In this document: positions 26,664-37,230 of the stretch, one piece after another
Layout: each line of letters opens with the position of its first letter
Numbering within the stretch: the first letter of the stretch is position 1
DNA from: a plasmid
Direction: 5' to 3' (one strand)
Sequence record: NZ_KX443406.1
DNA length: 64,000 bases
The notes under the pieces: generated by a model
The model's database searches: none
Told to the model about the DNA's origin: nothing
Seen by the model: the letters and a program-made list of their open reading frames with translations, nothing else
Translations under genes and position numbers: made by a program

Positions 26664-27488
26664 CTACCCGTTAAGGCATGCGTCCGCAAGCGTGCTGATC
26701 GCGCAGGTAGCTCCGGCGGCGCTGCGCACCTCAGCGCCTGCCTGGAGGCCGTTTTGACTAGGAACAACGCTGAAGGTTTGTGGCATCGTCATCGGGGAAG
26801 TAAATCGATAATCGAAGACCTTATCGACGATAGAAATGTCATTTCGGCGCATGTGCTCGCCCATCATGATGGCCAGCAGCGGACCATGGATTACAAGGCC
26901 GACGTAGCCCTCTCTATGACACCAATCGAGATCGTAGTGGATCCGATGGGCATTATATGTGAGGGCAGAAAACCGGAAAAGTAATCGTTCGTCAACAGCA
27001 ACATCCAGGGTGGGGCCTTGTAGCGGCGTGGGTGATGTTGCGGGACGGGGAATCGGGTCTGAACCCGCGGCTCGATAGAGGATGTCTTGCTCTTCATGAA
27101 TGATGAGGACGCGGTCCTGAAAAATATCCTGTTGGACCGTGGTAATGGTTAGCGGACCGGTTCGCCCCTCTTTGGTAACGGTCTTTTTGACGGACATGAC
27201 CTTAGTCGCAGGCTTACCAATCTCAAGAAGTTGATGGGTTGTCACTCGACCGCCAGCGAACATGCGGCGTAGACCTGGCCCTGGTGGTACAGGTATACCG
27301 ACAACTGGGTGGCCGTCTTCGCCCAGGTGTCGCTCTGGAGTACGTTCAAGGAGGTAGATCCAATGCCAGAGTGGCGGGACCCTGTCGCCCGGGGCGCAAG
27401 GTATTGTGAGGTCGAGCATTGCAGCGAGGGATTCAGCCGGCTCGCTAGCGATGATTTCGGTCCGTTCGATTTTGTCAGGCTGGGACAC
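26664..27488 (-). CDS. MaoC-like (hotdog-fold) enoyl-CoA hydratase, double hotdog
   Basis: FSALTYNAHRIHYDLDW...GYVGLVIHGPLLAIMM matches the MaoC dehydratase signature region. N-terminal WHWIYLL segment. Confidence 0.5.
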   Translation of the reverse strand: MSQPDKIERTEIIASEPAESLAAMLDLTIPCAPGDRVPPLWHWIYLLERTPERHLGEDGHPVVGIPVPPGPGLRRMFAGGRVTTHQLLEIGKPATKVMSVKKTVTKEGRTGPLTITTVQQDIFQDRVLIIHEEQDILYRAAGSDPIPRPATSPTPLQGPTLDVAVDERLLFRFSALTYNAHRIHYDLDWCHREGYVGLVIHGPLLAIMMGEHMRRNDISIVDKVFDYRFTSPMTMPQTFSVVPSQNGLQAGAEVRSAAGATCAISTLADACLNG

Positions 27489-27597
27489 GATTTCGTCTCC
27501 TCGCAGCTTGAGGTTCCTGTCTTGTTGAGGGCGGCTGCTCGGCGTCGTCGTGGTGGATAGAACTCAGTAGAAAGAAACGCGAGAAGAAGCCGACCAA

Positions 27598-28359
27598 TCA
27601 GAGCTGGCCGGGACAAACCAGAAGATCGCTGCCTTCCGGTTGTGGAAGAGCATGGGGAGACTCGTCTGACTCACTGCGTGGTCTTCTGGCGATGAACTTG
27701 GCTACGGACCCTTCTACAACGACATTTACTCTCTCAAAGAAGGCCTCAAGGACGTCGACCAGACCATCCTTATCGTCCTTACTATTGTGAAAGCCACCCA
27801 ATCGGCTGTTAAAGACGCCACGCAGGGTTCGTCCAAGGAGGTTGTGACGAACGCCGACTCCAAGGATGGTTGCTCCAAAGAACACCCCATTCTCTTTGAG
27901 AGCGTCGGAGATGTAGCGGATTGCGAGGCTCTTCTCGGACCAGGTTCCGGGAATGCGGTGGAAAACAAGATTGGCTGCGATCGAATCAAAACAGCCCACC
28001 GACGGCGCGATGGGCGCCATCACGCTGCTGATATAGACCCGTGTAAGTAGACCCTGATCGGTTAGGCGCTTTTTGGCCGCAATTGTCTCCCGCGTCTTGG
28101 GGCCTAGTATGTATGTTTCTGCCATGGTCGTCGGGGGATTCGCTTGTTCCAGAAACCAAGCTGACCGCGCGCCGACTTCGAGGTGACGAGTGCCAATGTT
28201 GTCGTCGTAGTACTGAAGAAGACTAGCAGTGGGACACTTCCAAACTAGCGAGTTGCTCCACGCTGAAACACGGCTGTTGTACTTTGCAAGCATGTGCTGT
28301 CCGTAATTCAAGGCGCCGTCGGGCTCGGCGCAGATGGGGTCGTTATCTCTCATGCTCAT
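27598..28359 (-). CDS. Hypothetical protein, possibly class I SAM-dependent methyltransferase
   Basis: Weak motif-I-like TRHLEVGARSAWFL and post-I blocks. Low confidence. Confidence 0.3.
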   Translation of the reverse strand: MSMRDNDPICAEPDGALNYGQHMLAKYNSRVSAWSNSLVWKCPTASLLQYYDDNIGTRHLEVGARSAWFLEQANPPTTMAETYILGPKTRETIAAKKRLTDQGLLTRVYISSVMAPIAPSVGCFDSIAANLVFHRIPGTWSEKSLAIRYISDALKENGVFFGATILGVGVRHNLLGRTLRGVFNSRLGGFHNSKDDKDGLVDVLEAFFERVNVVVEGSVAKFIARRPRSESDESPHALPQPEGSDLLVCPGQL

Positions 28360-28605
28360 CAGTAGTTAGTGCTCCTCTCCTGCTTCTGCGCAAAAGAGCG
28401 CAGAAGAACTAGGAGGCGACTGGTCTGGCGGCGGGGGGCGAGGAGGAGCCGGGGATGAACGCTTGCGTGCGAAATCCTGGTGCCTGGCAACGAGGTGCGC
28501 CCTAGGCTTCAGAGCTTTGGAATGTAACTGTCTTGATTGTTAGCATAGGTTGGTGTCGCGGTCAAGAGATTGCCTATCGCCGCTTCGTTCGAGATGCTTC
28601 CGTAG

Positions 28606-29493
28606 GTGAATGTTGACGAACTCCGCTGGTTTGTGGCGTTAGCGGAATCGGGGCACATGCGCGATGCGGCTGACGACCTACACATATCTCAACCGACCCT
28701 CTCGCGGGCGCTTGCTCGGATCGAACGTCAGGTTGGCGTACCCCTCTTCGACCGGGTGAACCACCGCCTGCAGCTCAACGACTACGGCCGTATCATGCTT
28801 GAGCATACTCGTCGGAGTCTGACTGAACTTCACTCAGCCAGTGAGCGGATTGCTGCGCTCCGTAACCCTGAGTCTGGCACTGTTCGGCTAGGCTTTCTTC
28901 ACTCCCTTGCGAGTTGGTTTGTGCCCGAGATCATCCGGGTGTTCCGCGAGAGCGCGCCGCAGGTGAACTTCGCACTGGATCAGGCCCCGAGCGGGGACAT
29001 CGAAGCCATGCTGGCTCGGGGGGAGATTGATGTCGCAGTGATTGGGCCACGACCCGCCGCAGACGAGTTCGACTGGTATGAGCTGTATGTAGAACGCCTT
29101 TGCCTTGCTGTTCCTGAATCTCACCCACTAGCGGGGCACGCGACTATCCGCGTAGCAGACGCCCTAGATGATGCATTCGTTATGCTACGAAAGCCCTTTG
29201 GGCTTCGCAGGTTGACCGATGAGCTGTTCGCGGCTGCTGGCGTCGTGCCCCGCATCGTCTTCGAGACGATTGAGATCCCCACCATCGAGGGCCTGGTGGC
29301 TGCGGGTTTCGGTGTCGCTGTGGTTCCTTCGCCCCGCCCCACTAAAGAAACCGAGGGTGTCAGGTACGTACCCCTGGACGATGTAGGAGCCTTTCGTCCG
29401 ATTGGCCTGGCCTGGCCAGTAGGACGAGAACCCTCGCCAGTTGTCGCGCGATTCATCGCTTTCCTAGTAAGCCGCGGGCAAGGGGGCAATTAG
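28606..29493 (+). CDS. LysR-family transcriptional regulator (virR-like position in vap-island layout)
   Basis: N-terminal HTH MNVDELRWFVALAESGHMRDAADDLHISQPTLSRALARIE. LysR substrate-binding domain. Confidence 0.8.
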   Translation: MNVDELRWFVALAESGHMRDAADDLHISQPTLSRALARIERQVGVPLFDRVNHRLQLNDYGRIMLEHTRRSLTELHSASERIAALRNPESGTVRLGFLHSLASWFVPEIIRVFRESAPQVNFALDQAPSGDIEAMLARGEIDVAVIGPRPAADEFDWYELYVERLCLAVPESHPLAGHATIRVADALDDAFVMLRKPFGLRRLTDELFAAAGVVPRIVFETIEIPTIEGLVAAGFGVAVVPSPRPTKETEGVRYVPLDDVGAFRPIGLAWPVGREPSPVVARFIAFLVSRGQGGN

Positions 29494-29634
29494 ACGTGCC
29501 GACCAAGGGTGTGACGACCACTACGGGCCCTCGCTCAGGAGTGGAACGCAAACAGGCTTGATGCGATCTGCGCATCACGGGGGCTGTGAAGCGAATTGGA
29601 CACTAGGCCCTAATCCCTCCTAGCGTCGGACACC

Positions 29635-30936
29635 GTGGATGATCGGTCGAAAAATCAAGCGCGCCGGGAGCATTCGCTGAACGCAGACACGCGATCTGTG
29701 ATGAGGCGCACGTCTGCGGCGCTCTTCCTGGTCGGAGTTGCGACCTTCGCTCCGCTCAATGCACCACAGCCAATACTGTGCCTGATTGGGCAGGACTTAG
29801 GTATTAACCCGGCGAGGGCGGCGCTTGTCACCACTGCATCGACCGCGGGACTCGCTGTAGGCGTATTGCCCTGGATCTACACATCCGACCGGGTGGACCG
29901 CTACTGGGCGCTTATCTCGTCTGCGACGTTATCTGCTGCGACGGGCATGGTTGTTCGCGCGCTTCCCACGTTCGAGGCCATCTTGGTGGGACGAGTTGCA
30001 GAGGGGATGATGCTCGCAGGCGTACCCGTAACGGCTATCACTTACGCCAGTGAACGGTTACCGGGGAAGTGTACGGCTAAGCCTGCAGGGTTCTTCGTCG
30101 GGGGCGCAACCGTCGGAGGGCTGGCGGGACGTCTCATCTCCAGTACAACCGCTGACCTATCTGGCTGGCGCGCAGGCCTATTCGCATCATCAGCCTTCTC
30201 GACCGCTGTGGTTATTCTGTTCCTTTTCGTCGCACCCCGTAGGGCGTACGGAACGCATCCCCCGCGCGCGAGCGATCGGGGGAGGTGGAAGCCTCTCGCA
30301 ACGCCACGGCAGGCGGCAATGTATGCGCAGGGGTTTTTACTTACGGGAGCGTTCTTTGCGTTATATAATTATATCGGATTCAGGTTGGGCCGTGACCCAT
30401 TCAATCTGTCCCAGCAGCAGATCGGACTGACATATGGTGCCTATCTGGCAGGAACATGCGCGGCCCTGGCTGCCGGTTCCATTGTGGGTGTCGTCGGTCG
30501 TCGTCCAGTACTGCTAGTCGGGACAGGAGCGATATTTCTAGGCGGGGCGGCGACGCTCGCTAGCAGCCTATGGATTTTCGTCTGCGGCTTAGCGCTCGCA
30601 ACCGCCGGTTTCTTCGGTGCACATTCAGTTGTAGCGGGATGGGTCGGATCTGAAGTGTCCGCTGGCACACGGGCGTCATCTCTTTACACGCTTGCGTACT
30701 ATGGGGGCGCGAGCCTATTCGGCTGGCTCGGCGGGGAGGCGTACCAATCCTATAGTTGGCCGGGCCTCGTGGGTGGCATCATGCTCCTAACAATCATCGC
30801 AGCAATACTTTCCCTCATCCTGCTGCCAGGAGGGGGGCAGCAAGCGGACATTGTCCGAAAGCCGGAGAGGACCCTTGACGCCGGCACATCGGCTCCACGG
30901 GAGGAGAGAGGCGAGAATAAATCTATGACGAACTGA
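29635..30936 (+). CDS. MFS transporter (icgA-like position)
   Basis: About 12 TM segments and MFS motifs. Immediately downstream of the LysR gene. Confidence 0.7.
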   Translation: MDDRSKNQARREHSLNADTRSVMRRTSAALFLVGVATFAPLNAPQPILCLIGQDLGINPARAALVTTASTAGLAVGVLPWIYTSDRVDRYWALISSATLSAATGMVVRALPTFEAILVGRVAEGMMLAGVPVTAITYASERLPGKCTAKPAGFFVGGATVGGLAGRLISSTTADLSGWRAGLFASSAFSTAVVILFLFVAPRRAYGTHPPRASDRGRWKPLATPRQAAMYAQGFLLTGAFFALYNYIGFRLGRDPFNLSQQQIGLTYGAYLAGTCAALAAGSIVGVVGRRPVLLVGTGAIFLGGAATLASSLWIFVCGLALATAGFFGAHSVVAGWVGSEVSAGTRASSLYTLAYYGGASLFGWLGGEAYQSYSWPGLVGGIMLLTIIAAILSLILLPGGGQQADIVRKPERTLDAGTSAPREERGENKSMTN

Positions 30937-30996
30937 CAAACATGACGAACTGACAAACGTGTTGTGCGGATCGAATAAGCCGAGCCGACGAGAGGA

Positions 30997-31554
30997 ATGC
31001 AAATGAATCTGGCGCACGTAACTCGAAAGTTCCTGGTAAGTACAGCTGTTCCTGTCACCCTCGTAATAGCCTTCGCTGCCCCATTCCAGTTTTCCGCACC
31101 GCTCGCGAGCGCGGCCACAAGCGATCTGTCTATTCGGCGCGACGGCTCGGCACATTATAGCGACAGTACGCTATCTTTGCGTGCTTCTTCTGATTCTCCT
31201 GAGCCCACGACTCATGGTGCGCAGCAGCAGTGGGCAGTGCACGGCGTGTTGGCGAGCGCGCTCGTGTACCAACTGCTCACGCTCACGGTTGATGGAGGCG
31301 AGCAATTTCAGGGCTATGCCGGCGGTGTTTCCTTTCCAGGTGGAGCAGCGGTCTGGGGCACGCTTTTCACAGACGACATACAGCGGTTATACGACCAGAC
31401 CGCATCGTTCCAGTTCAACGCGGTCGGGCCATATCTCAACGTCAACTTCTTCGACCGCCACGGCACATTACTCGGCCACGCACAATTAGGCGGAGTGAGC
31501 TCGGTAATCGGTATTGGAGGGGGCTCGGGGACTTGGACCGGCGACGTCGCGTAG
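30997..31554 (+). CDS. Secreted Vap-family paralog (conserved C-terminal domain)
   Basis: Signal peptide. C-terminal ALVYQ...GGVSFPGGAAVWGTLFTDDIQRLYDQTASFQFNAVGPYLNVNFFD...LLGH...GIGGGSGTW is shared with the five other paralogs. Confidence 0.65.
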   Translation: MQMNLAHVTRKFLVSTAVPVTLVIAFAAPFQFSAPLASAATSDLSIRRDGSAHYSDSTLSLRASSDSPEPTTHGAQQQWAVHGVLASALVYQLLTLTVDGGEQFQGYAGGVSFPGGAAVWGTLFTDDIQRLYDQTASFQFNAVGPYLNVNFFDRHGTLLGHAQLGGVSSVIGIGGGSGTWTGDVA

Positions 31555-31596
31555 TCCAAAAAATCAACTCAGAACGTTCGGACAGTAAACGATTCA

Positions 31597-32064
31597 GTGA
31601 GGTTTAGCGTGCACTCCCTGAAAACTATCGGACTTCCTCTGGACCTGCTTTCGAATCCCAATCAAATCCAACATAGCCCAGCCTTCCCTCCAGAACACCG
31701 TGTCGAGCTGACGCTAGTGGGAATAATCGACTCAAGGCGACGCAAGACGACTCAGGTGATACCGATCTCTGACGAATTGCGCATAAATCCAGCCCACCCC
31801 GGTGCGCCTGCCGTAGCACTTGAAGTCGGGGCAGTTCTCGGCGATTGCTTTGTGTTTCTCGTCCCAGTCGTGTGGGACTCGGCCGAAAATCAGTGGAAGA
31901 AGGTTGCAGATCACGTCGTCGCAGGCGGGAAGTTCGCGGCAGGGGGGCCGAAGTTTGAAGACCTCGTAGAAGAGCTTACGGGCTCCTGCTTTTACGGCGC
32001 GGTTGCCGTCCACGACAGAATTTCCCCCTTTGCGCATGAAGCGCCGGGACTATTCAGGAAATAG
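31597..32064 (+). CDS. Hypothetical protein (ambiguous; antisense ORF 31732..32037 is equally plausible)
   Basis: Same strand as the flanking LysR-MFS-Vap-RR genes. No clear SD. Confidence 0.2.
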   Translation: MRFSVHSLKTIGLPLDLLSNPNQIQHSPAFPPEHRVELTLVGIIDSRRRKTTQVIPISDELRINPAHPGAPAVALEVGAVLGDCFVFLVPVVWDSAENQWKKVADHVVAGGKFAAGGPKFEDLVEELTGSCFYGAVAVHDRISPFAHEAPGLFRK

Positions 32065-32115
32065 AAATGTCAGTATTGCTTGAACTGGGCAGGGTGTAAG
32101 TTAGGTGGGTTTAGC

Positions 32116-32874
32116 ATGGAGTCAATTCGCGGTGTTTCTGTCCTTCTAGCCGACCATGATCCAGCGCTACGAACCGCGACTCGACGCGCCTTTGAACAAC
32201 TAGGAATAGTCGTTAATGAGGCTGGAAATGGTGATGAAGTGCTCAGCTTGGCGCGTGTTCGAAAATTTGACCTGATCGTTCTGGATGTCGATCTACCGGG
32301 GATGAGTGGGGATGAAATCTGTCAATATCGTGACGAACAGAGATTCCCCGATATTCCCATTGTATTACTATCGTCCAGGAACGGCGAGCGGGAGCGGATT
32401 GCCGGCCTTGAGTCGGGCGCTGACGACTATATACTTAAGCCAGTCAACCCGCGTGAGTTAGCATTGCGCATCGGCCGCATACTCGACCGCTTGAGGATTA
32501 GGGACGGGGGGGATCGAATGCCTCAGCGCCTTCCGCTATCTGACGAGATAATTCAATTATACCCGGCGGCGCGCTGCATCTACGTAAACGGATCGATGGT
32601 TACTCTCACTTCTCGGGAGTTTGACCTACTAGCTTATTTCATGAAAAATCCTTTCGTCATTCACTCGCGCCAGGATCTTCTGGAGCGTGTATGGAAATGG
32701 TCATACGGTGATCTGTCCACGGTGACCGTGCACGTCAGAAGGTTGCGCAAAAGGCTGGGGCACTACTCCAGAATCGAAACGGTCTGGGGGCGCGGATATC
32801 GCTGGATCCCCCGACCGCCAGTCCAGCATTTCAGTACCTCTGGCGACGAGCGTCTGGCTGGGCCTGGTCGATAA
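32116..32874 (+). CDS. OmpR/PhoB-family response regulator, orphan (virS-like position)
   Basis: Receiver domain with phosphoacceptor context DLIVLDVDLPGMSGDE. C-terminal winged helix (RGYRWIP). No histidine kinase adjacent. Confidence 0.8.
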   Translation: MESIRGVSVLLADHDPALRTATRRAFEQLGIVVNEAGNGDEVLSLARVRKFDLIVLDVDLPGMSGDEICQYRDEQRFPDIPIVLLSSRNGERERIAGLESGADDYILKPVNPRELALRIGRILDRLRIRDGGDRMPQRLPLSDEIIQLYPAARCIYVNGSMVTLTSREFDLLAYFMKNPFVIHSRQDLLERVWKWSYGDLSTVTVHVRRLRKRLGHYSRIETVWGRGYRWIPRPPVQHFSTSGDERLAGPGR

Positions 32875-32992
32875 CTGCTTATATTGCGCACCCGGAAACT
32901 CCGGGCAGCGATCAGGTGGAAGCATTCTTCTTGGCTGAGCCTGTATCCTCCCGCCCTGCTCGCGGAGGGTCGGGAAGGTTGGGCGAGGGAGC

Positions 32993-33853
32993 ATCTGTTT
33001 TACTGCGTCTCCAGGACGTCACAAAACGGTCATAATTTGTCACGATTAGGGGAAGGTTGAAGAGTTAGTATGAATCTGCCCGCGTTGCTCGCTCGAAGCA
33101 GCGAGCGCTTTTATTAGGGCTCCAAAATACCCCGGAAGGAGAATGGTAATGGGGAACGCGCGCAGGTCCTGGGTGAAGGCCGCCGCGGCGGCGACTCTGA
33201 CAGCGGCCGCAGTCATGGTTCCTGCCGGCTTGGCGAACGCTCAACCGCTGGACGTTGGGGGTAGCAGCACGGTCGTAGCGAATGACGCTTTCGGCTCTGT
33301 CTCGCTGGGGGGCCACGGCAGCAGCGATTACGGCAGCAGCAGCGATTACGGCAGCAGCAGCGATTACGACGGTAGCGGCTCAGGGTTCGGAACTGCGCCA
33401 GATGTGCGGAGTCAGGTGGCGGCGTCGCTCGACGAGGAACAGCAGTACGACGTCAAGGGCGATGTCTGGAGCGCGCTGGTTTACCAGCAGTTCCACGTGG
33501 AAGGACCGCAGGGCAAGGTATTTGATGGTCAGGCGGGCGGGTTGACGATCCCAGGCGCAGGAGCGTTCTGGGGGACCCTGTTCACGAGTGACTTGAACCG
33601 CCTCTACGCCGACACTAGCTCGTTTCAGTACAACGCAGTGGGCCCGTACCTGAACATCAATTTCTTTGATGGGAACGGCGTACTGCTTGGTCACATCCAG
33701 GCCGGCGCAGTAAGCACTGTTACTGGCGTTGGTGGCGGAACCGGCAGCTGGTCATAAGCTGTTCGAGGGCGAACATAACGTTCGCGAGACCCGGCAAAAG
33801 GTGGGACCAGTTGTGGTGCGGGGCAGATAGCGGCTGCCCCGCACCACAACTGT
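32993..33853. repeat. Direct duplication copy 1 (861 bp, identical to 36313-37173 as read), containing a Vap paralog with its upstream region
   Basis: Identical sequence read across both copies, including promoter region, CDS and downstream hairpin. Confidence 0.8.
33143..33757 (+). CDS. Secreted Vap-family paralog, duplicate copy 1 (vapK1-like)
   Basis: Signal peptide. GSSDYGSSSDYGSSSDY repeat. Conserved C-terminal domain VWSALVYQQFHVEGPQGKVFDGQAGGLTIPGAGAFWGTLFTSDLNRLYADTSSFQYNAVGPYLNINFFDGNGVLLGHIQAGAVSTVTGVGGGTGSW. Confidence 0.7.
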   Translation: MVMGNARRSWVKAAAAATLTAAAVMVPAGLANAQPLDVGGSSTVVANDAFGSVSLGGHGSSDYGSSSDYGSSSDYDGSGSGFGTAPDVRSQVAASLDEEQQYDVKGDVWSALVYQQFHVEGPQGKVFDGQAGGLTIPGAGAFWGTLFTSDLNRLYADTSSFQYNAVGPYLNINFFDGNGVLLGHIQAGAVSTVTGVGGGTGSWS

Positions 33854-35308
33854 GGGTCGCGCTGAGTCTGGCTTAGAAATTATAGCTGCTTAACGAGCGA
33901 GACTGTTTAAAGAAAGTGCGTTGGGAATGGGGGACGGCGACTTGCCCGCCTGTTTGCTGCGGGCAAGTCGCCGAGGATGGCGCATTGGCCGCGGGGTTCC
34001 TGCACCATCGCACGCAACCGACATTCTGCCGTCTGTCAGCTGCTTGGAGTGAGTGACTGCGGGGAAGGGACCGCTCACTCCCGTATTCGAGATTACTGGA
34101 TACCAAAAGGTGCCGCGCGGAATTGGAAGCCCGTAATAGACATGTAAGCAAGGGGAGTAACGGATACGATCTGCCGTGCCGGAGATACGCGCGGTCTCTG
34201 TGCGCCAGCTCGCTAGGGATTGACGCGGCGCCTGGGAAGTCTAGAGATTATAGGGAGGCGAGGGTTCAGATAAGTAACGATGCGAATTCCTAACCTAGTT
34301 CGGTGTTTCTTCGGTACCTCAACCTCGGTTCGGTTCTTGGGGCAGTGCCCTGCCGTAGCTTTATCCCGCTGTGTGGCCGGCATGTTCATTCGCCGAATGC
34401 CAGTGCGATAGCTTAAGATATTCGTAGGGTCGCGCCCTGGTTTCATGTCACAAGGATGATCCGGCAATATGAAGTTACTAAACTCATGTACCTGCACCAT
34501 CACCGTGTCCAATCTGATCGGTATGTGTTGCCGATCAGCGCGAGCGTTTTGGGCGCGTCATCATCTCACACCTGAGGAGCGCGCCAATCTGAGCGCCGGA
34601 TACACGCCGCCAGCGGTAATCTCCGCGTCGCTGGGCGGAGGAACACACTTCCTCTAGATCTTATCTGAGAGAGCAACTCTTAGAGTTTCCCGCGGTGCTC
34701 GCTGCTGAAAGGGATTCCGGCCCGGGGTGGTGGCGCCGCGGATGCATGAGGTTCTCAAGGCGGACGAAAATGCCCGGAACGTCAGAAGTTCTGCGATACC
34801 TTTCGCCAATTCGGCTTCGGCTCCGGTGTCGTAGCTTCCGAAGATCGACTGAGAGCCCAGGATGATGACGGGCGACACGTCGGGATCGGCGCCGCCGACC
34901 GTTGTCATGGAAGACCCGCTCCTGTTGAACCAGGTAGCGGGTTATCAGCGGGCTGGGGCAGACGTGCAAGCGGATCGTGGCGAGGATGCGCCGCGCCTTG
35001 TCCGCGCTCGACCTCGGTACGTGCATGGTCGGTCGGCACCCGGGAGCAGGATGGTGAGAAGATCGACGACGGCCCTGCTCCGGAGTTCTTCGGGCATTCA
35101 CTCATCCGCTGGAATCGAAAGACGTCGGCGGTGCCCCTTTGAGCACCGCCGACGTCAGACGCACGCACGCGTTAACGGAAGCGTTACCGGAAGGTCCTAT
35201 CACCTCCTTCCTGTCTTTTTACTTTACGCCCCGAGGTGGGTACTTGGGCCCCGAGGCGAGTCTCTATTACCAGAACTATTTCTGGCATGAACTAGCTCAT
35301 CTGCGCCG

Positions 35309-36013
35309 CTAGCGCCACCCGCCGGTTCCGCCACCGATTCCGGTGAGTGTGCCGATGGACCCGGACTGCACATGACCAAGGAGAGTGCTATGGCTGTCAA
35401 AGAAGTTGATGTTCATGTACGGGCCTACGGCGTTGTACTGAAAAGAGACGGTGTCGTTATACAGGCGCTGTAAATCTTCGGTGAAGAGCGTCCCTTTAAG
35501 TACTGCAACCCCGGGAACTGAAATCCCGCCAGAATCACCTGTAAAAGTCTTCCCGTCGTCTTCGACGGTCAGTGAAAAGTGCTGGTATACGGCGAGGCTG
35601 GTGACAAGACCGTGGACTGAATAGGTGTACCCTTGTTCTGCGGTTGCCTCAGTAGCGAAAGATAGCTGCCCGTTCGTCTCTGCGGAGCTGTGGTCATTTT
35701 CAGAAAGATTCGAGTCACATGTTTTTGCGACACGATGGACAGTCGAAGTTGCCGCGTTGGATGCCATTGATGTTTCCGCGTTCACGACTCCAGTAGCCCC
35801 CAGGATTGATATCCCAGCAACTAAGGCGGCTGCAAAAATGGCCCGAACATAGGGGCGATATGAAGACTGGGGGCGCAAAGCCGATGCAATAGTGGCCGTG
35901 GCTAGCGTCGGGCAAAAGCCTTTAAGGGCGTGGTCATTATCTAATGATCCGCGCATGATAACAGCCTCCGAGAGGGGGTGGCGCCAATTTGTTTGAAATG
36001 GCAGGGCTTGCAT
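35309..36013 (-). CDS. Secreted Vap-family paralog, opposite orientation, between the duplicates
   Basis: Conserved C-terminus ...SLAVYQHFSLTVEDDGKTFTGDSGGISVPGVAVLKGTLFTEDLQRLYNDTVSFQYNAVGPYMNINFFDSHSTLLGHVQSGSIGTLTGIGGGTGGW. Confidence 0.65.
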   Translation of the reverse strand: MQALPFQTNWRHPLSEAVIMRGSLDNDHALKGFCPTLATATIASALRPQSSYRPYVRAIFAAALVAGISILGATGVVNAETSMASNAATSTVHRVAKTCDSNLSENDHSSAETNGQLSFATEATAEQGYTYSVHGLVTSLAVYQHFSLTVEDDGKTFTGDSGGISVPGVAVLKGTLFTEDLQRLYNDTVSFQYNAVGPYMNINFFDSHSTLLGHVQSGSIGTLTGIGGGTGGWR

Positions 36014-36312
36014 TCCGTTGCGGTGAAGGTGGTGGGTGTTCTATGAGCATCCTCCGTAGATCATCACGACAAGGTGAGGCGCTCCCTGAGCTATTCGACG
36101 GGAGCAGCGATTCATAAGGCCCTTCCTTACTCTGTGTACTGGCAGGCGTCGGGCCGAGTCGCCGCGCTTACGCGCCTTAAATCCGATATCTCACAATAGT
36201 CCATGAGAAGGCGTGCGCGCGTGAAAAAGTCTTACGGAAGGATGACCTAGTAGAAGGCCTCCACTGGTAACTCCCGGCAGCCATCGGGGGTGTGAACACT
36301 TGTATGAGTGCG

Positions 36313-37173
36313 ATCTGTTTTACTGCGTCTCCAGGACGTCACAAAACGGTCATAATTTGTCACGATTAGGGGAAGGTTGAAGAGTTAGTATGAATCTGCC
36401 CGCGTTGCTCGCTCGAAGCAGCGAGCGCTTTTATTAGGGCTCCAAAATACCCCGGAAGGAGAATGGTAATGGGGAACGCGCGCAGGTCCTGGGTGAAGGC
36501 CGCCGCGGCGGCGACTCTGACAGCGGCCGCAGTCATGGTTCCTGCCGGCTTGGCGAACGCTCAACCGCTGGACGTTGGGGGTAGCAGCACGGTCGTAGCG
36601 AATGACGCTTTCGGCTCTGTCTCGCTGGGGGGCCACGGCAGCAGCGATTACGGCAGCAGCAGCGATTACGGCAGCAGCAGCGATTACGACGGTAGCGGCT
36701 CAGGGTTCGGAACTGCGCCAGATGTGCGGAGTCAGGTGGCGGCGTCGCTCGACGAGGAACAGCAGTACGACGTCAAGGGCGATGTCTGGAGCGCGCTGGT
36801 TTACCAGCAGTTCCACGTGGAAGGACCGCAGGGCAAGGTATTTGATGGTCAGGCGGGCGGGTTGACGATCCCAGGCGCAGGAGCGTTCTGGGGGACCCTG
36901 TTCACGAGTGACTTGAACCGCCTCTACGCCGACACTAGCTCGTTTCAGTACAACGCAGTGGGCCCGTACCTGAACATCAATTTCTTTGATGGGAACGGCG
37001 TACTGCTTGGTCACATCCAGGCCGGCGCAGTAAGCACTGTTACTGGCGTTGGTGGCGGAACCGGCAGCTGGTCATAAGCTGTTCGAGGGCGAACATAACG
37101 TTCGCGAGACCCGGCAAAAGGTGGGACCAGTTGTGGTGCGGGGCAGATAGCGGCTGCCCCGCACCACAACTGT
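36313..37173. repeat. Direct duplication copy 2 (861 bp)
   Basis: See copy 1. Offset 3320 bp. Confidence 0.8.
36463..37077 (+). CDS. Secreted Vap-family paralog, duplicate copy 2 (vapK2-like)
   Basis: Translation identical to 33143..33757. Confidence 0.7.
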   Translation: MVMGNARRSWVKAAAAATLTAAAVMVPAGLANAQPLDVGGSSTVVANDAFGSVSLGGHGSSDYGSSSDYGSSSDYDGSGSGFGTAPDVRSQVAASLDEEQQYDVKGDVWSALVYQQFHVEGPQGKVFDGQAGGLTIPGAGAFWGTLFTSDLNRLYADTSSFQYNAVGPYLNINFFDGNGVLLGHIQAGAVSTVTGVGGGTGSWS

Positions 37174-37230
37174 AGTACGTCACAGGCTCGATTAGCGGGT
37201 GAGCGGCTGAAGCTGCTGAGGGGCATATCT

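Noticed and set aside
31732-32037. 101-aa minus-strand ORF antisense to 31597..32064
   Set aside because: Composition is protein-like but it opposes the operon direction. I kept the + strand ORF at low confidence and could not decide between them.
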